This document shows positions 33,757 to 44,189 of a stretch of DNA of 64,000 bases, in pieces. Each line of letters opens with the position of its first letter. The stretch's first letter is position 1. A model generated the notes under the pieces. It did no database searches. It had not been told where the DNA came from and saw only the letters and a program-made list of their open reading frames with translations. The stretch is from an uncultured Methanosarcinaceae archaeon. GTDB lineage: Archaea; Halobacteriota; Methanosarcinia; Methanosarcinales; Methanosarcinaceae. The stretch lies in assembly GCA_963833425.1 (NCBI GenBank), contig CAWHXP010000002.1:288001-352000 (forward strand), in the 5' to 3' direction. Position numbers and translations under genes: made by a program.

Positions 33757-35025
33757 TCAATTAATATCTTTTCTGAATGGAAGTGTCTGCCCCCCGTAAG
33801 GCATCAGATGAATCTTTGCATCAGGTTTTTCTAGAAGGACTACAGAAAGAGCTTCTTTCAAGTTTGGTAGCGGAGTAAAGAATGCATTTCTAGTTTGTTC
33901 CTTAGAGAGTTTTGATATCAGGTAAATATTGAATTTTTTTGAAATATTTGCAACAATTGCACTCTTATGCCCTCCGAACTCAAAACAATGTTTGAAACGC
34001 TCGATTGCATCCTCAGGGCTCTGGCATTCTTTATTCCAGCATTCATATACCTGGTTTCCGATTCCCTCTGCGCATTCAGCTACAAGGATAACGGAACCCC
34101 CCTCCTTTACTGCCTTGGTTGCATTATCAAGAGCTTTAGTTGCCTGGAAAAGGTTGACATCCTTCGGAAATCCACCACAAGAAACTATAACTGCGTCAGC
34201 GGGTTCAACAGGTACCTTGTACATGGAATCCACACACTCAGCCCCTTTTCTGTGGGCTTCGATAAAATTACCAGCAACCGCAGCAACTATCTCTTTTTTG
34301 CTATCAAGCACCACATTCAGGATAAAGTCAAGGCCAAATATTTTTGCAGCTTCTTCCATATCTTGCCTGACAGCACCGTCAACTCTTCCGGAAATAGAGT
34401 TTTCGTCAAACATCATTTTGTGATTTGTGATCACGGATTCTTGTGAACTTATACCCGGAAGTACTGATTTTGCCCCACCACTATACCCTGCATAATAATG
34501 AAATTCAATATTTCCGGTCCCTATAATAATATCCGCATCCATAACGTCTTCAAATATTTCTACAGGGGTTCCACGTGACGTCAAGCCAATACGTTTACAT
34601 CTTTGAGTGTCATGCTGGATACACAATATTTTTTTATATATTCCCTCTCCGACAATTTTTTTTAACTCCTCTTCAGTTTGCTTGCGGTGGAGCCCGAGTG
34701 CAAAGACAATGCTTATGTTCTCGTTCTTTGCCCCACTCATATAAAGCTCTTCAAGCAAAGGAGGAAGGATTTTTGCAGTTGGAGTTGGCCTTGTTACATC
34801 GCTTACGATGATTGAGATGCTGGAATTTGGGCCAACAATCTCCGAAAGGCGCCTACTTTTTATAGGATTTTCAAGCGCTTTTTTGATCAAAAAAGCTGTT
34901 TCCGCTAGATTTTCAAATTCTGGAGGTAAGATAATACTGGAGATATTCCTTTTAGGAATTTCCAGCTCAATTACCGTATTCCCGAAAGCTAGTGGGATTT
35001 TGTCCATATTTGTAGTCATACTCAC
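33757..35025 (-). CDS. larA: LarA-family nickel-pincer racemase/epimerase
   Basis: SDVTRPTP, ALGLHR, HYYAGYSGGAKSVLPG, NH, GGFPKD.NLFQ..KAL, EC.EG.G. Confidence 0.92.
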   Translation of the reverse strand: MSMTTNMDKIPLAFGNTVIELEIPKRNISSIILPPEFENLAETAFLIKKALENPIKSRRLSEIVGPNSSISIIVSDVTRPTPTAKILPPLLEELYMSGAKNENISIVFALGLHRKQTEEELKKIVGEGIYKKILCIQHDTQRCKRIGLTSRGTPVEIFEDVMDADIIIGTGNIEFHYYAGYSGGAKSVLPGISSQESVITNHKMMFDENSISGRVDGAVRQDMEEAAKIFGLDFILNVVLDSKKEIVAAVAGNFIEAHRKGAECVDSMYKVPVEPADAVIVSCGGFPKDVNLFQATKALDNATKAVKEGGSVILVAECAEGIGNQVYECWNKECQSPEDAIERFKHCFEFGGHKSAIVANISKKFNIYLISKLSKEQTRNAFFTPLPNLKEALSVVLLEKPDAKIHLMPYGGQTLPFRKDIN

Positions 35026-35214
35026 GCCAAGATTTTGTGTTAATGCTATAAAATGATGTAATTAAGCAATAAAGATTAGAAAACTTAAACCTGCGTGTTG
35101 AGTATCAAATGTGTGGTTCAAAGAAGCAGTAAAAGTATTATTTGTTTGTGTATAATATAATTATTGTTTTATCAATCATTTCATCCAATTTCCGAGATTT
35201 AAACCAGAATGCCG

Positions 35215-35330
35215 CCTATTTTCTCAATATGACACTATATTAAAAATTAATCTAACTTCTAATAAATAACAGTTTGAGAGTGGGCAAACAAATTACATAT
35301 ATCTGTACATCTGCAAAATGTTGGCTGTAT
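35215..35330. repeat. ~115 bp dispersed repeat, copy B
   Basis: TTTTCTCAATATGA..TTAAAAATTAATC..GTGGGCAAACAAATT..ACATCTGCAAAAT. Confidence 0.65.
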
Positions 35331-35969
35331 ACAACATCAATACATTTTTTGACCTTAATTTTATTTTAGAACTATATCCATATTTATTATGCTAGCAAAA
35401 ACATACCGAAGCTTTTTCATCACGTATAAAGGTATATGAAAACTTCGTTTATGTGGAATCTAAAATTAGTGAGTATACTGTAACTGGCATAAAGTATTTT
35501 GATTTATCTAAATATTTTCAGATTAAACGATTGGAAGCAAAAGCAAGAACTGTTCTGAAGAAGTTGCAAAGAGTAGAAGATATCAGGAGGCGATCTTAAA
35601 AATAAAAACCTTTCTAAAAAATCAGGGGTCTCTACTAGTTGACTGAGATTGATTCTCCTTCAGGACTAAGCTCGAAGAGCTTAATGATAAGGAAGCAATT
35701 GAGCTACAAAAATGTTTGATCATACATGGAAGATAATTATTTTGTATAAAATCAAACATAAATTCGACACTTGCAAGAGCACTTGCTTCTATACATTAAA
35801 ATGTAACATCATTACACTGAAAACTTATCATGAAAATGTCACCCATGTAATGATAGACTACCACTACTTTTATAACGTAACATAAGTTTAAACAACATCT
35901 TGAAAAAATAGTATTTTCTTAGAACTATTTAAAATAAATTTAGGGCCCTACAGATCGATAGAATTTGAT

Positions 35970-36200
35970 AATTGACCATATGTTTTCATCTTAATATCGT
36001 TTTCTCAGTTAAGGTGAAGATTGAAAATTATGTAATAATTACCTTCTTTCAAATATCTAACAATCTCCAATTATAGAGTCACTGGGATGAAATTCCAGGA
36101 ATAAAGTGAACGTGATCTTCTCCCACTTTTACAGAATTAATTTTGCAGCCTTGTTCCGTGCAAACAACGATAAAGATAAACAAGCAATCCTTTTTATTTC
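35970..36200 (-). pseudogene. tnpA: IS200/IS605 TnpA (HUH, Y1) remnant
   Basis: VCTEQGCKINSVKVGEDHVH, then frameshifted EFHPS, EIVRYLK and NIWS. Confidence 0.7.
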
Positions 36201-36439
36201 GCTGATTGTAGAATATAGAGGATTTCTAAAATCATCCTGGAATATCCAAGAATCACGTTGAAGCAAAAAATTTGCTTTCCCCATCCATTTTAACTGTTTC
36301 CATTTATGTCCAGTTGACCTTGGACTTTATTCCTGCTTGTGTCTCATAGCGAAGCTGAGCAGGATCGCTCTGTTTTGGCATAGCATATCTTATGAAATCT
36401 TTGAAAATAATTTATCTCTCCTTTAAAATTAATTTCTTT

Positions 36440-36527
36440 GAGATTTTGATAAATCTCTGATTTTCATGAGTCATATATATATAATTTGTAACCATATGAC
36501 GAAATTTAGGGGTTTATTAAAATCCTC
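36440..36527. mobile_element. 88 bp IS5-related MITE
   Basis: GAGATTTTGATAAATCTCTGATTTTC ... AAATTTAGGGGTTTATTAAAATCCTC. Confidence 0.7.
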
Positions 36528-37102
36528 TATAGGAAAAAATCGAAGAATATAAAATATCGACAAGTAGACTTGAAAAGCAGAAATTAACACACAGACGGGA
36601 TAATTATAGATAAGTCAATAATAGAGTCAGAGTCTCAAGAAAGATAATTAAATTTTCAAAAAAAATAAAGTGATTGAAATAAAGTGAATGATTAGTCATA
36701 TGAAGCTCTAATTCACTCATTTGAACTTTCGTGGAGAGTATAGTGAATTAACTTATGAGGATGAACGAAAAATTAAATTCAAAAATACATCTTCTAGAGA
36801 ATGTAATATTGTAGAATCAAAGCAAACATTAAGGGATCTAAAGGCATTTAGGTATTTCAAATATCAACCGGTAAACAACCGATAAAAGTAAGCGACTAAA
36901 AGTTATATTGATAGGAATAAGTGTACAAGCTATGGGAAATACAAAGCTATTTGTCCAAAAGATTTGAGGTTTTATTCCATCGAAAAAAGTAAGAAGAGGG
37001 TATTTTTTTTGAAGGATTTGTCTTATTACCGGGGGTATAGAATGTTTGTGAGGATCTTTATAGAGATAAAATCAACCTTATTAACTGATTTAAAAAAAAG
37101 GA

Positions 37103-37834
37103 TTGAGACATTTGTCGCTTGAGATCCGTGTAGTGCTTGTAGAACCCATGTACCAGGGAAATATCGGATCTGTTGCAAGGGCAATGAAGAACTTTGGATA
37201 TACTAACCTTGTGCTGGTAAATCCATGTAAACTCGAGGGAGAAGCAAGAGCAATGGCATCTCATGCGAGGGATATTCTTGAAGATGCACGGGTTACCTTA
37301 AGTTTTGATGATGCTGTAGAAGGTTCAAATCTGCTGATAGGAACAACTGGAGTTTCTAGCATTAAGGTTGGAGAACACTTCCGCCTTCCGCTCTACACAT
37401 CCAGAGAACTCAAAGAGAAACTCAAAGAGCATAGTGGAACCGCTTCTATTATTTTTGGTAGAGAAAACACCGGCTTCCGAAAAGATGAACTCAAAAATTT
37501 TGATATGCTCATTACGGTTCCAACCTCTGAACTATATCCCATAATGAATCTTTCCCATGCGGTTGCAGTTGTACTTTACGAACTTTCGGAGCTGATAGGG
37601 GGAAACAATCCGCTTGCAGATAGATTTGACCTACAGCTTCTGTACGGGCATTTGGAAGAACTGTTGGAGAAAATAGACTATCCTCTCCACAAAAAAGACA
37701 AAACTTCTCTTATGCTGCGGAGAATATTCGGAAGATCTGGCCTGACTCCTAGAGAAGTTCAAACTTTGAGGGGTATAATAAGGAAAATAGAGAGAAAAAT
37801 GGGATGCTCAATAAAAGAATTTGAGAGCTTGTAA
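37103..37834 (+). CDS. trmJ: TrmJ/LasT-family SPOUT tRNA 2'-O-methyltransferase
   Basis: VLVEP..GNIGSVARAMKNFG, FGRE..G, YPIMNLSHAV. Confidence 0.9.
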   Translation: MRHLSLEIRVVLVEPMYQGNIGSVARAMKNFGYTNLVLVNPCKLEGEARAMASHARDILEDARVTLSFDDAVEGSNLLIGTTGVSSIKVGEHFRLPLYTSRELKEKLKEHSGTASIIFGRENTGFRKDELKNFDMLITVPTSELYPIMNLSHAVAVVLYELSELIGGNNPLADRFDLQLLYGHLEELLEKIDYPLHKKDKTSLMLRRIFGRSGLTPREVQTLRGIIRKIERKMGCSIKEFESL

Positions 37835-37995
37835 TAGAAAATCCGTAAAAAATGGAAAAGTTCATATGAGAATAAGCATGTTCTTACATTGAATTTTATT
37901 ATCGTTTTTTTCAATATTTTGAAGCATTTTGCGCAAAACTAGTTTGAAGAAAAATGAGATTTTTACATAAATGTCAAAGTAGTTCCGAGAATAAT

Positions 37996-40104
37996 ATGAC
38001 TGAAAAAGAAAGTAAGTGGGAAGAAAAGCTAAAAAGGTTTTTTAAGGACTACTATTGGAATGAAATTCTCCAGCTTGCAAACGAGTATCCTGACCAAAGA
38101 AGCCTTGGCGTGGATTTTACAGATATAGAGAAATTTGACAGAGAGCTTTCAAAGGAGTTTCTTGAGCATCCTGGAGAACTTATAAAAGATGCTGAGGTTG
38201 CATTGAAAGAAATAGATCTTCCTGTAGAAAAAAACCTCGAACAGGCTCATGTAAGGATAATAAAAATCCCGAATAGAATACCAATAAGAAATTTGAGAAG
38301 TAAACATCTTTCGCGCTTTGTTGCTATTGAAGGCATGATAAGGAAAGCTACTGAGGTCAGGCCAAGAATTACGAAAGCTGCTTTCCAGTGTCTCAGATGC
38401 GGACATCTGACCCTTGTGGAGCAAAGCAGCTTCAAATTTGAGGAGCCCTTTGCAGGTTGCGAAGATGAAACGTGCGGAAAGAAAGGACCTTTTAAAATTA
38501 TAATAGAGGAATCTACTTTCATCGATGCCCAGAAACTCCAGATTCAGGAATCACCTGAAAATCTCAAAGGAGGGTCTCAGCCTCAGAGTCTGGAAGTTGA
38601 TTCTGATGATGACCTAACAGGAAACGTCACTCCTGGGGATAGGGTTATAATTAATGGGATCTTGAAATCTGTCCAACGTACGTTAAAAGATGGGAAATCT
38701 ACTTTCTATGACCTTGTACTCCAAGCAAGTTCTATCGAACGCCTGGATAGGGATTATGACGAACTTGAAATAACTGCAGAAGACGAAGTAAAAATTCTTG
38801 AACTTTCCAGTGACCCTGCAATCTACGACAAAATTGTCAGTTCTGTTGCACCTTCAATCTACGGGTACGAGGATATAAAAGAAGCTCTTTCACTTCAATT
38901 ATTTTCAGGCGTGGTGAAAAATCTTCCTGATGGTTCTAGGATCAGAGGAGATATTCATGTGATGCTTGTAGGAGACCCTGGAATTGCAAAAAGCCAGCTA
39001 TTGCGATATGTGGTCAAACTCTCCCCAAGAGGAGTCTTTACTTCAGGGCGGAGTGCATCTGCAAGCGGGTTGACTGCAGCTGCCGTAAAAGATGACCTAA
39101 ATGACGGGAGATGGACAATAGAAGGCGGAGCCCTTGTTATGGCTGATATGGGAGTTGCTGCAGTTGATGAAATGGACAAAATGAAGTCAGAGGATAAGAG
39201 CGCCCTGCACGAGGCAATGGAGCAGCAGACTATAAGTATAGCCAAAGCTGGGATTATTGCTACTCTTAAGTCTCGTTGCGCTCTTCTAGGAGCTGCAAAT
39301 CCAAAATATGGGCGTTTTGACCGTTATGAAGGTCTTGCAGAACAAATAAACATGCCTCCAGCTCTGCTCTCTCGTTTTGATCTGATCTTTGTTTTGCTCG
39401 ATACCCCAAACCATGCTCTGGACAGTAGGATTGCAAACCATATTCTTCAGTCTCATTATGCAGGAGAACTTTTCGAGCAGCGTCAAAAACTTCCTGGTTC
39501 CCATATTACGGAAGATTTTGTCGAAGCCGAAATGGAGGTTATCGAGCCTATCATAGATCCTGAAATCATGCAAAAGTATGTTGCATATGCTCGTAAAAAT
39601 GTTTTCCCTGTAATGGAGAGCAACGCACGTGATCGCCTAATGAAATTTTATACAGATCTTCGAAAAACAGGAGAAGGCAAAGATACCCCCGTACCAGTAA
39701 CAGCCAGACAGCTTGAAGCCCTTGTCCGTCTGTCGGAAGCGAGTGCAAGAGTCCGTCTGAGCAATAAAGCTACTCTTGAGGATGCAGAACGAACTATCAA
39801 AATAGTTATGAATTGTCTGAAAAACGTCGGTATTGACCCTGATACAGGAGCCCTTGATGCAGACATTATCGCATCTGGCACAAGCATGAGCCAAAGGAAC
39901 AAGATAAAATCCTTGAGAGACATTATTAAAAAGGTAAGTGAGAGGCATCCAGGAAAAGAAGGAGCTCCATTGGAAGAAGTGTATACAGAAGCTGAAAGCA
40001 AGCATGGAATAGATAGAACTCATGCAGAAGAGTATATCAAGAAAATGAAACAGGGAGGGGATATTCTTTCCCCAGATCAAAAACATATAAGACTCGTTAA
40101 TTGA
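37996..40104 (+). CDS. mcm: Replicative helicase MCM
   Basis: Zn finger CLRC..C...C, GDPGIAKS, VDEMDKM, LHEAMEQQ, SRFD; no intein. Confidence 0.97.
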   Translation: MTEKESKWEEKLKRFFKDYYWNEILQLANEYPDQRSLGVDFTDIEKFDRELSKEFLEHPGELIKDAEVALKEIDLPVEKNLEQAHVRIIKIPNRIPIRNLRSKHLSRFVAIEGMIRKATEVRPRITKAAFQCLRCGHLTLVEQSSFKFEEPFAGCEDETCGKKGPFKIIIEESTFIDAQKLQIQESPENLKGGSQPQSLEVDSDDDLTGNVTPGDRVIINGILKSVQRTLKDGKSTFYDLVLQASSIERLDRDYDELEITAEDEVKILELSSDPAIYDKIVSSVAPSIYGYEDIKEALSLQLFSGVVKNLPDGSRIRGDIHVMLVGDPGIAKSQLLRYVVKLSPRGVFTSGRSASASGLTAAAVKDDLNDGRWTIEGGALVMADMGVAAVDEMDKMKSEDKSALHEAMEQQTISIAKAGIIATLKSRCALLGAANPKYGRFDRYEGLAEQINMPPALLSRFDLIFVLLDTPNHALDSRIANHILQSHYAGELFEQRQKLPGSHITEDFVEAEMEVIEPIIDPEIMQKYVAYARKNVFPVMESNARDRLMKFYTDLRKTGEGKDTPVPVTARQLEALVRLSEASARVRLSNKATLEDAERTIKIVMNCLKNVGIDPDTGALDADIIASGTSMSQRNKIKSLRDIIKKVSERHPGKEGAPLEEVYTEAESKHGIDRTHAEEYIKKMKQGGDILSPDQKHIRLVN

Positions 40105-40246
40105 TTTTGAGATTGAGTGAAATTCCGAAAAGTAAGTTAAAAATATCTTCCCAAAGCACCAAAGAAAATACCACACATCGCAACTATGTGGACACGGTCA
40201 AGCTGTAAATACTAAAAAGAAATAAAATACTACTGGGATGTAGAAT

Positions 40247-40537
40247 ATGTATCTAAAGATCTATAAAAATGGAGGGCAGGTTCTTATCGCGGCCTGCGAT
40301 AAGGAAGTGCTTGGAAAAAAACTGAAATACGGCAATTCTGTAGTGGAGATTAGCAAGGCCTTTTATGGAGGGGCATATGTCTCAGAGGAAGAACTTCAGA
40401 CATCTCTTCACGAGGCCACGACTGTAAATCTCTTTGGGGAAAAAACTATCAAATGTGCTATAAAGTGCGGATTTATTGATCCGGATTCAGTGATAATGAT
40501 CGATTACGTACCTCATGCCCAGAACTTCAGGATTTGA
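40247..40537 (+). CDS. DUF424 family protein
   Basis: LIAACDKEVLGK..FYGG..NLFG motif. Confidence 0.85.
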   Translation: MYLKIYKNGGQVLIAACDKEVLGKKLKYGNSVVEISKAFYGGAYVSEEELQTSLHEATTVNLFGEKTIKCAIKCGFIDPDSVIMIDYVPHAQNFRI

Positions 40538-40665
40538 TAAGATACCTTGGAAAGATACCGGAAGACTAAAATTCGGCAGAAATCAGTTGGTTTAGTTTTT
40601 GCAGGCGGATATAGATCGGAAGATAATAACTTCGTTATAGAATGTAAATTACAGATTGTGATACC

Positions 40666-41289
40666 GTGAATGAAAAAATCGAAAAAATTGGGATCATAGT
40701 GTCAACAGAAGAGGAGCTGATATCAGCAGTTATGGAGAAACACAGACGGTTTCTGGGAGATGATAGAAAGAAATTCGAAGAAATAAACAGCAGATTGAAC
40801 CAGATCGAAGAGGACGCTAAAAATTTAAAAAATTCCAAAATCAAGTTTATGGAAAGAAAAGAAATTCTGAAGGAGAAGCGACAACAGTTTTACCATCAAG
40901 CTGAAGCATTGCTTGAAAGGGAGCTTTTTCCGAAACTAAACCAAACAACTGCAAATAAACTCAAGGAAGATATTAAAAAACTCAAAGGCCAGGTAGAACC
41001 TGATGAGGAACAAAAACTTAAAGACTTATTTATAGAAAACCTGCGCGAAACTGCTCGAGTAACTAAGCTTGAAGAAAATCTTTTTCTACAAATCCAGGTT
41101 AGATTAGAGGAAGCAAAAAATTCAAATCTCGAACTCAAAGGAATAGTTGGATCTGAAAAACAGTTTGAAGAAGATGATAACAGCAAAAATGAAGAGATTT
41201 CCAAAAGCAAATCTCAGCACAAATGGTTTAATAGCAAAATAAAAAATCACGAAGAAGCCTTGAATTATTGGGAAAAATTTAAAAAATAA
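40666..41289 (+). CDS. Coiled-coil hypothetical protein
   Basis: 207 aa, E/K-rich heptads, ends H.EALNYW. Confidence 0.75.
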   Translation: MNEKIEKIGIIVSTEEELISAVMEKHRRFLGDDRKKFEEINSRLNQIEEDAKNLKNSKIKFMERKEILKEKRQQFYHQAEALLERELFPKLNQTTANKLKEDIKKLKGQVEPDEEQKLKDLFIENLRETARVTKLEENLFLQIQVRLEEAKNSNLELKGIVGSEKQFEEDDNSKNEEISKSKSQHKWFNSKIKNHEEALNYWEKFKK

Positions 41290-41320
41290 CCATTTTTCGA
41301 AAACTTGCGAGTGGTATTAC

Positions 41321-42283
41321 ATGAATAACGACGTTTCAACTACAGACATTGCAACGGCCGACCTTTCAAACCTTAGCGAACGGGAGCTGAAGTTAAAGGT
41401 AAACGAAATTAGGAGCAGGATAGAGAAAAACGAAAGGCAGTTAGCTTCGATATTTAAAGAACTGAAAATAAATAGAACTGATGTAGACGAACTGAAGGAA
41501 AAGAGAGACTTTTTAAATCAGCAGGTAAAAGAAAAGGTTGCAAAAGCTCAGGAATTGAGATGTAGACGGGACGAGATTAACAAGGCAATTGGTAAGTACA
41601 AGGAAAAAAGAAGTGGCGTAAACTTGAAGACGCAAGAATTGTTTTCAGGAATTGCGGGACTCAAAGAACAGCGGGATGATTGCAATAAACTTTCCCATGG
41701 AAGTGTGGAATCTATCTCAAAGATATATGAAGCTGAACTAGATGCTTTCCTTAATAAAGAGCTTCTTCTTGCAGTGGAAATTAAGATTTTCCAGAAATTA
41801 AATGACCTCCGCAAACGCCTTGAAGCTGCAAAAAAAGCAAATGAATTGCACGCACAAATTCAGGACAGTTATAGAGAGTCTAAGGGAATCCATAAAGAGG
41901 GGGATGAGTTCCATGAAAAAATCCAAGCACTCTCTGACGAATCTCAGATCTGCCACTTAGAAATGCTCGAGAATTTCAAGTCCGCGGACGAAATCAGAAA
42001 AGAAGCAAACATGTACCACGCCAAGCTTGCAGAAAATATCACAAATATAAATAAAATCAAGGAAAAAATTGACCCACTTAAAACTAATATTGCTAGCAGT
42101 AGGAATGAAATCTCCCTCTATCTTGACAGATTGAAGGACTTGCAGCTCACTAAAGATGAACACAAAGTAAACCAAAAACATAGCGATGCTCGCGAAAAGC
42201 TCCAGAAAAACGCTCGTTTGAGCCTGGAAGACCTTAAACTCCTTATCGAAAAAGGAGATGTAAAATTCTCTACAAACCAGTAA
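41321..42283 (+). CDS. Archaeal long coiled-coil protein (COG1340-like)
   Basis: Repeated KRD.LN motifs, H.EM, C-terminal LSLEDLKLL. Confidence 0.8.
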   Translation: MNNDVSTTDIATADLSNLSERELKLKVNEIRSRIEKNERQLASIFKELKINRTDVDELKEKRDFLNQQVKEKVAKAQELRCRRDEINKAIGKYKEKRSGVNLKTQELFSGIAGLKEQRDDCNKLSHGSVESISKIYEAELDAFLNKELLLAVEIKIFQKLNDLRKRLEAAKKANELHAQIQDSYRESKGIHKEGDEFHEKIQALSDESQICHLEMLENFKSADEIRKEANMYHAKLAENITNINKIKEKIDPLKTNIASSRNEISLYLDRLKDLQLTKDEHKVNQKHSDAREKLQKNARLSLEDLKLLIEKGDVKFSTNQ

Positions 42284-43185
42284 GAACTCGAGAAGTCTAA
42301 TGAATGTGGGATAAAAATATATTTTTGGGAATCTAGCTCCAAATTATTCCTTTTGCATCATAATTTCGTTCCAGACGTAGCTCATATTGTACCTACTATT
42401 CCTGTTAGCAAGCCCTGATTGAGCTTGATTTTTTTCGAATTAGACCGAAAGTTGAATGATCTTTCCCACTTTATTCAGATTTGAAATGGGTGAAGAAGAA
42501 ATATATTTAGAGATAAGTGGATTTTTCGGATAAATTATTATTTGCGAAATAATGATTTCTGGCTGAAAAAGTAAAATACTGAGAAGCAATTGCAAAAATT
42601 CAATATTCTAAAATTTTTTTTGAGTAAATTATATATATAGCTTTCTTCTTTTGAATATATTAATAGTTATTTGTCTTTCAAAGTATTGGTGTTAATCCCA
42701 CTTATGCGGTGTCTTCGCTAAATTCTGATATTTTGATCAAAAATATATCAATGCATAAGAAACTCACAAATTTTGCGATTATAACTATGCAACTCAATTC
42801 TATTATAATAAGAGTTAGAGATGTTATAACACACAGAATCAGATTGATGAATATTTCCCATAAGATGAAACGATCTGCGAATTATTCTTACTGATAATAA
42901 ATAAAAAGGAACTAAATTTGATAATGAAAAACTACTATCAATCACCATATATATATAAAGTTAGATCACATGTAATTTATACATATTATTTAAATTTGTA
43001 TTAGGGAATCAATTTACTATACAGGATTATAGATAGACTTCTGATTTTTGCGAGTCACTCATAGATCATTTATAAGCATATAACAAAATTTAGGAGCTCA
43101 CAGAAATTATCTATATCGTGCTAATATGCTCTGCCGACAAAAAATTGCAGGCAATCATAAATGTGGACCATATATGAGGTATTTT

Positions 43186-44139
43186 ATGAGAACTAGACAG
43201 AGGGACGTGCACAACATACCAAAAAGGGGGATGTCAATAAGCTGTGAGGAGCTCGAGACTCTCAAGAAATCTATCAAGGTTTCAGTTCTCAACGAACTAC
43301 GAGTCGAAATGGGAAAAACTTCCGATCAGGACTCCTTAACGGATATAGTACTTTCCAACATCAAAACTGAATTGATGGAAATTCCTAGTCCTGCATTACT
43401 CAAGGCTTCCATCCTCAATGATTTGAAAATGGAATTGAATGCTTCCGAAAATAATTTTGGGGCAATTGATCGACGGCTAAGGGAACTAGCTGGAGTTCAA
43501 GATGGTCTCATTCGAGAATTACTTGACCAAAAAATGATTATGAAAAAAATGAGAACTGAGATCGAAAATCTCACTAAAAAACTGGAGAATATGGAAAGTA
43601 CTACTCTTGCACCCTCCTCTCCTGTTTTCCTTACCTCGCTTGAAGATCCTCTCGATACCTCTTCTCTTTCCAGAAAGTTAAGACACAATTCCGAACTCAA
43701 AAAAGAAACTCCTACAGATGGAATGATTAATTTTGGAGAAGCTTCTACCCATCTACCAGGTACCAATGCAAAAGTTCAGTTAAAGCTTAAAGAGATAAAA
43801 CCAAATGAATTTGATAAAGAAAAAATTGAACCAAAATGTGAGTATATTATTGCCGAGAGTGGGGATAAAAGACTATATAAAGGTAATATAAAACAGCAGC
43901 TCTCGATGAAAGTGGAGCCCGTAAGACAACAATCTACCAAAAATATATCCACTATGAAACAGAATACCCCTGAAAAGGTAGATCTAATAAGAGCCAGACC
44001 TGCATCTGATTATAAGTGTGAATATATAATTGCTGAAAAGGCTCCAAAAAAGCATTTAGTAGAAGAGTCTGTGGAAGCGAGGGAAAAAGAAGACGCAGAA
44101 CTTATCACCTGTAACCGGAAAAATCCAAGAGCATATTGA
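43186..44139 (+). CDS. Uncharacterised protein upstream of smc (coiled coil plus repeated KCEYIIAE motif)
   Basis: Long ORF with GAGGT RBS before ATG 43186; ends 50 bp before the smc start. Confidence 0.75.
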   Translation: MRTRQRDVHNIPKRGMSISCEELETLKKSIKVSVLNELRVEMGKTSDQDSLTDIVLSNIKTELMEIPSPALLKASILNDLKMELNASENNFGAIDRRLRELAGVQDGLIRELLDQKMIMKKMRTEIENLTKKLENMESTTLAPSSPVFLTSLEDPLDTSSLSRKLRHNSELKKETPTDGMINFGEASTHLPGTNAKVQLKLKEIKPNEFDKEKIEPKCEYIIAESGDKRLYKGNIKQQLSMKVEPVRQQSTKNISTMKQNTPEKVDLIRARPASDYKCEYIIAEKAPKKHLVEESVEAREKEDAELITCNRKNPRAY

Positions 44140-44189
44140 GGCCTAAAAAACAGAAACTTCCTCAAAAACGCAAATTAAAGAGGCATTCT

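Noticed and set aside
42300..43120. AT-rich gap near mcm as a replication origin
   Set aside because: No ORB-like repeats recognised and no cdc6/orc1 gene in the window
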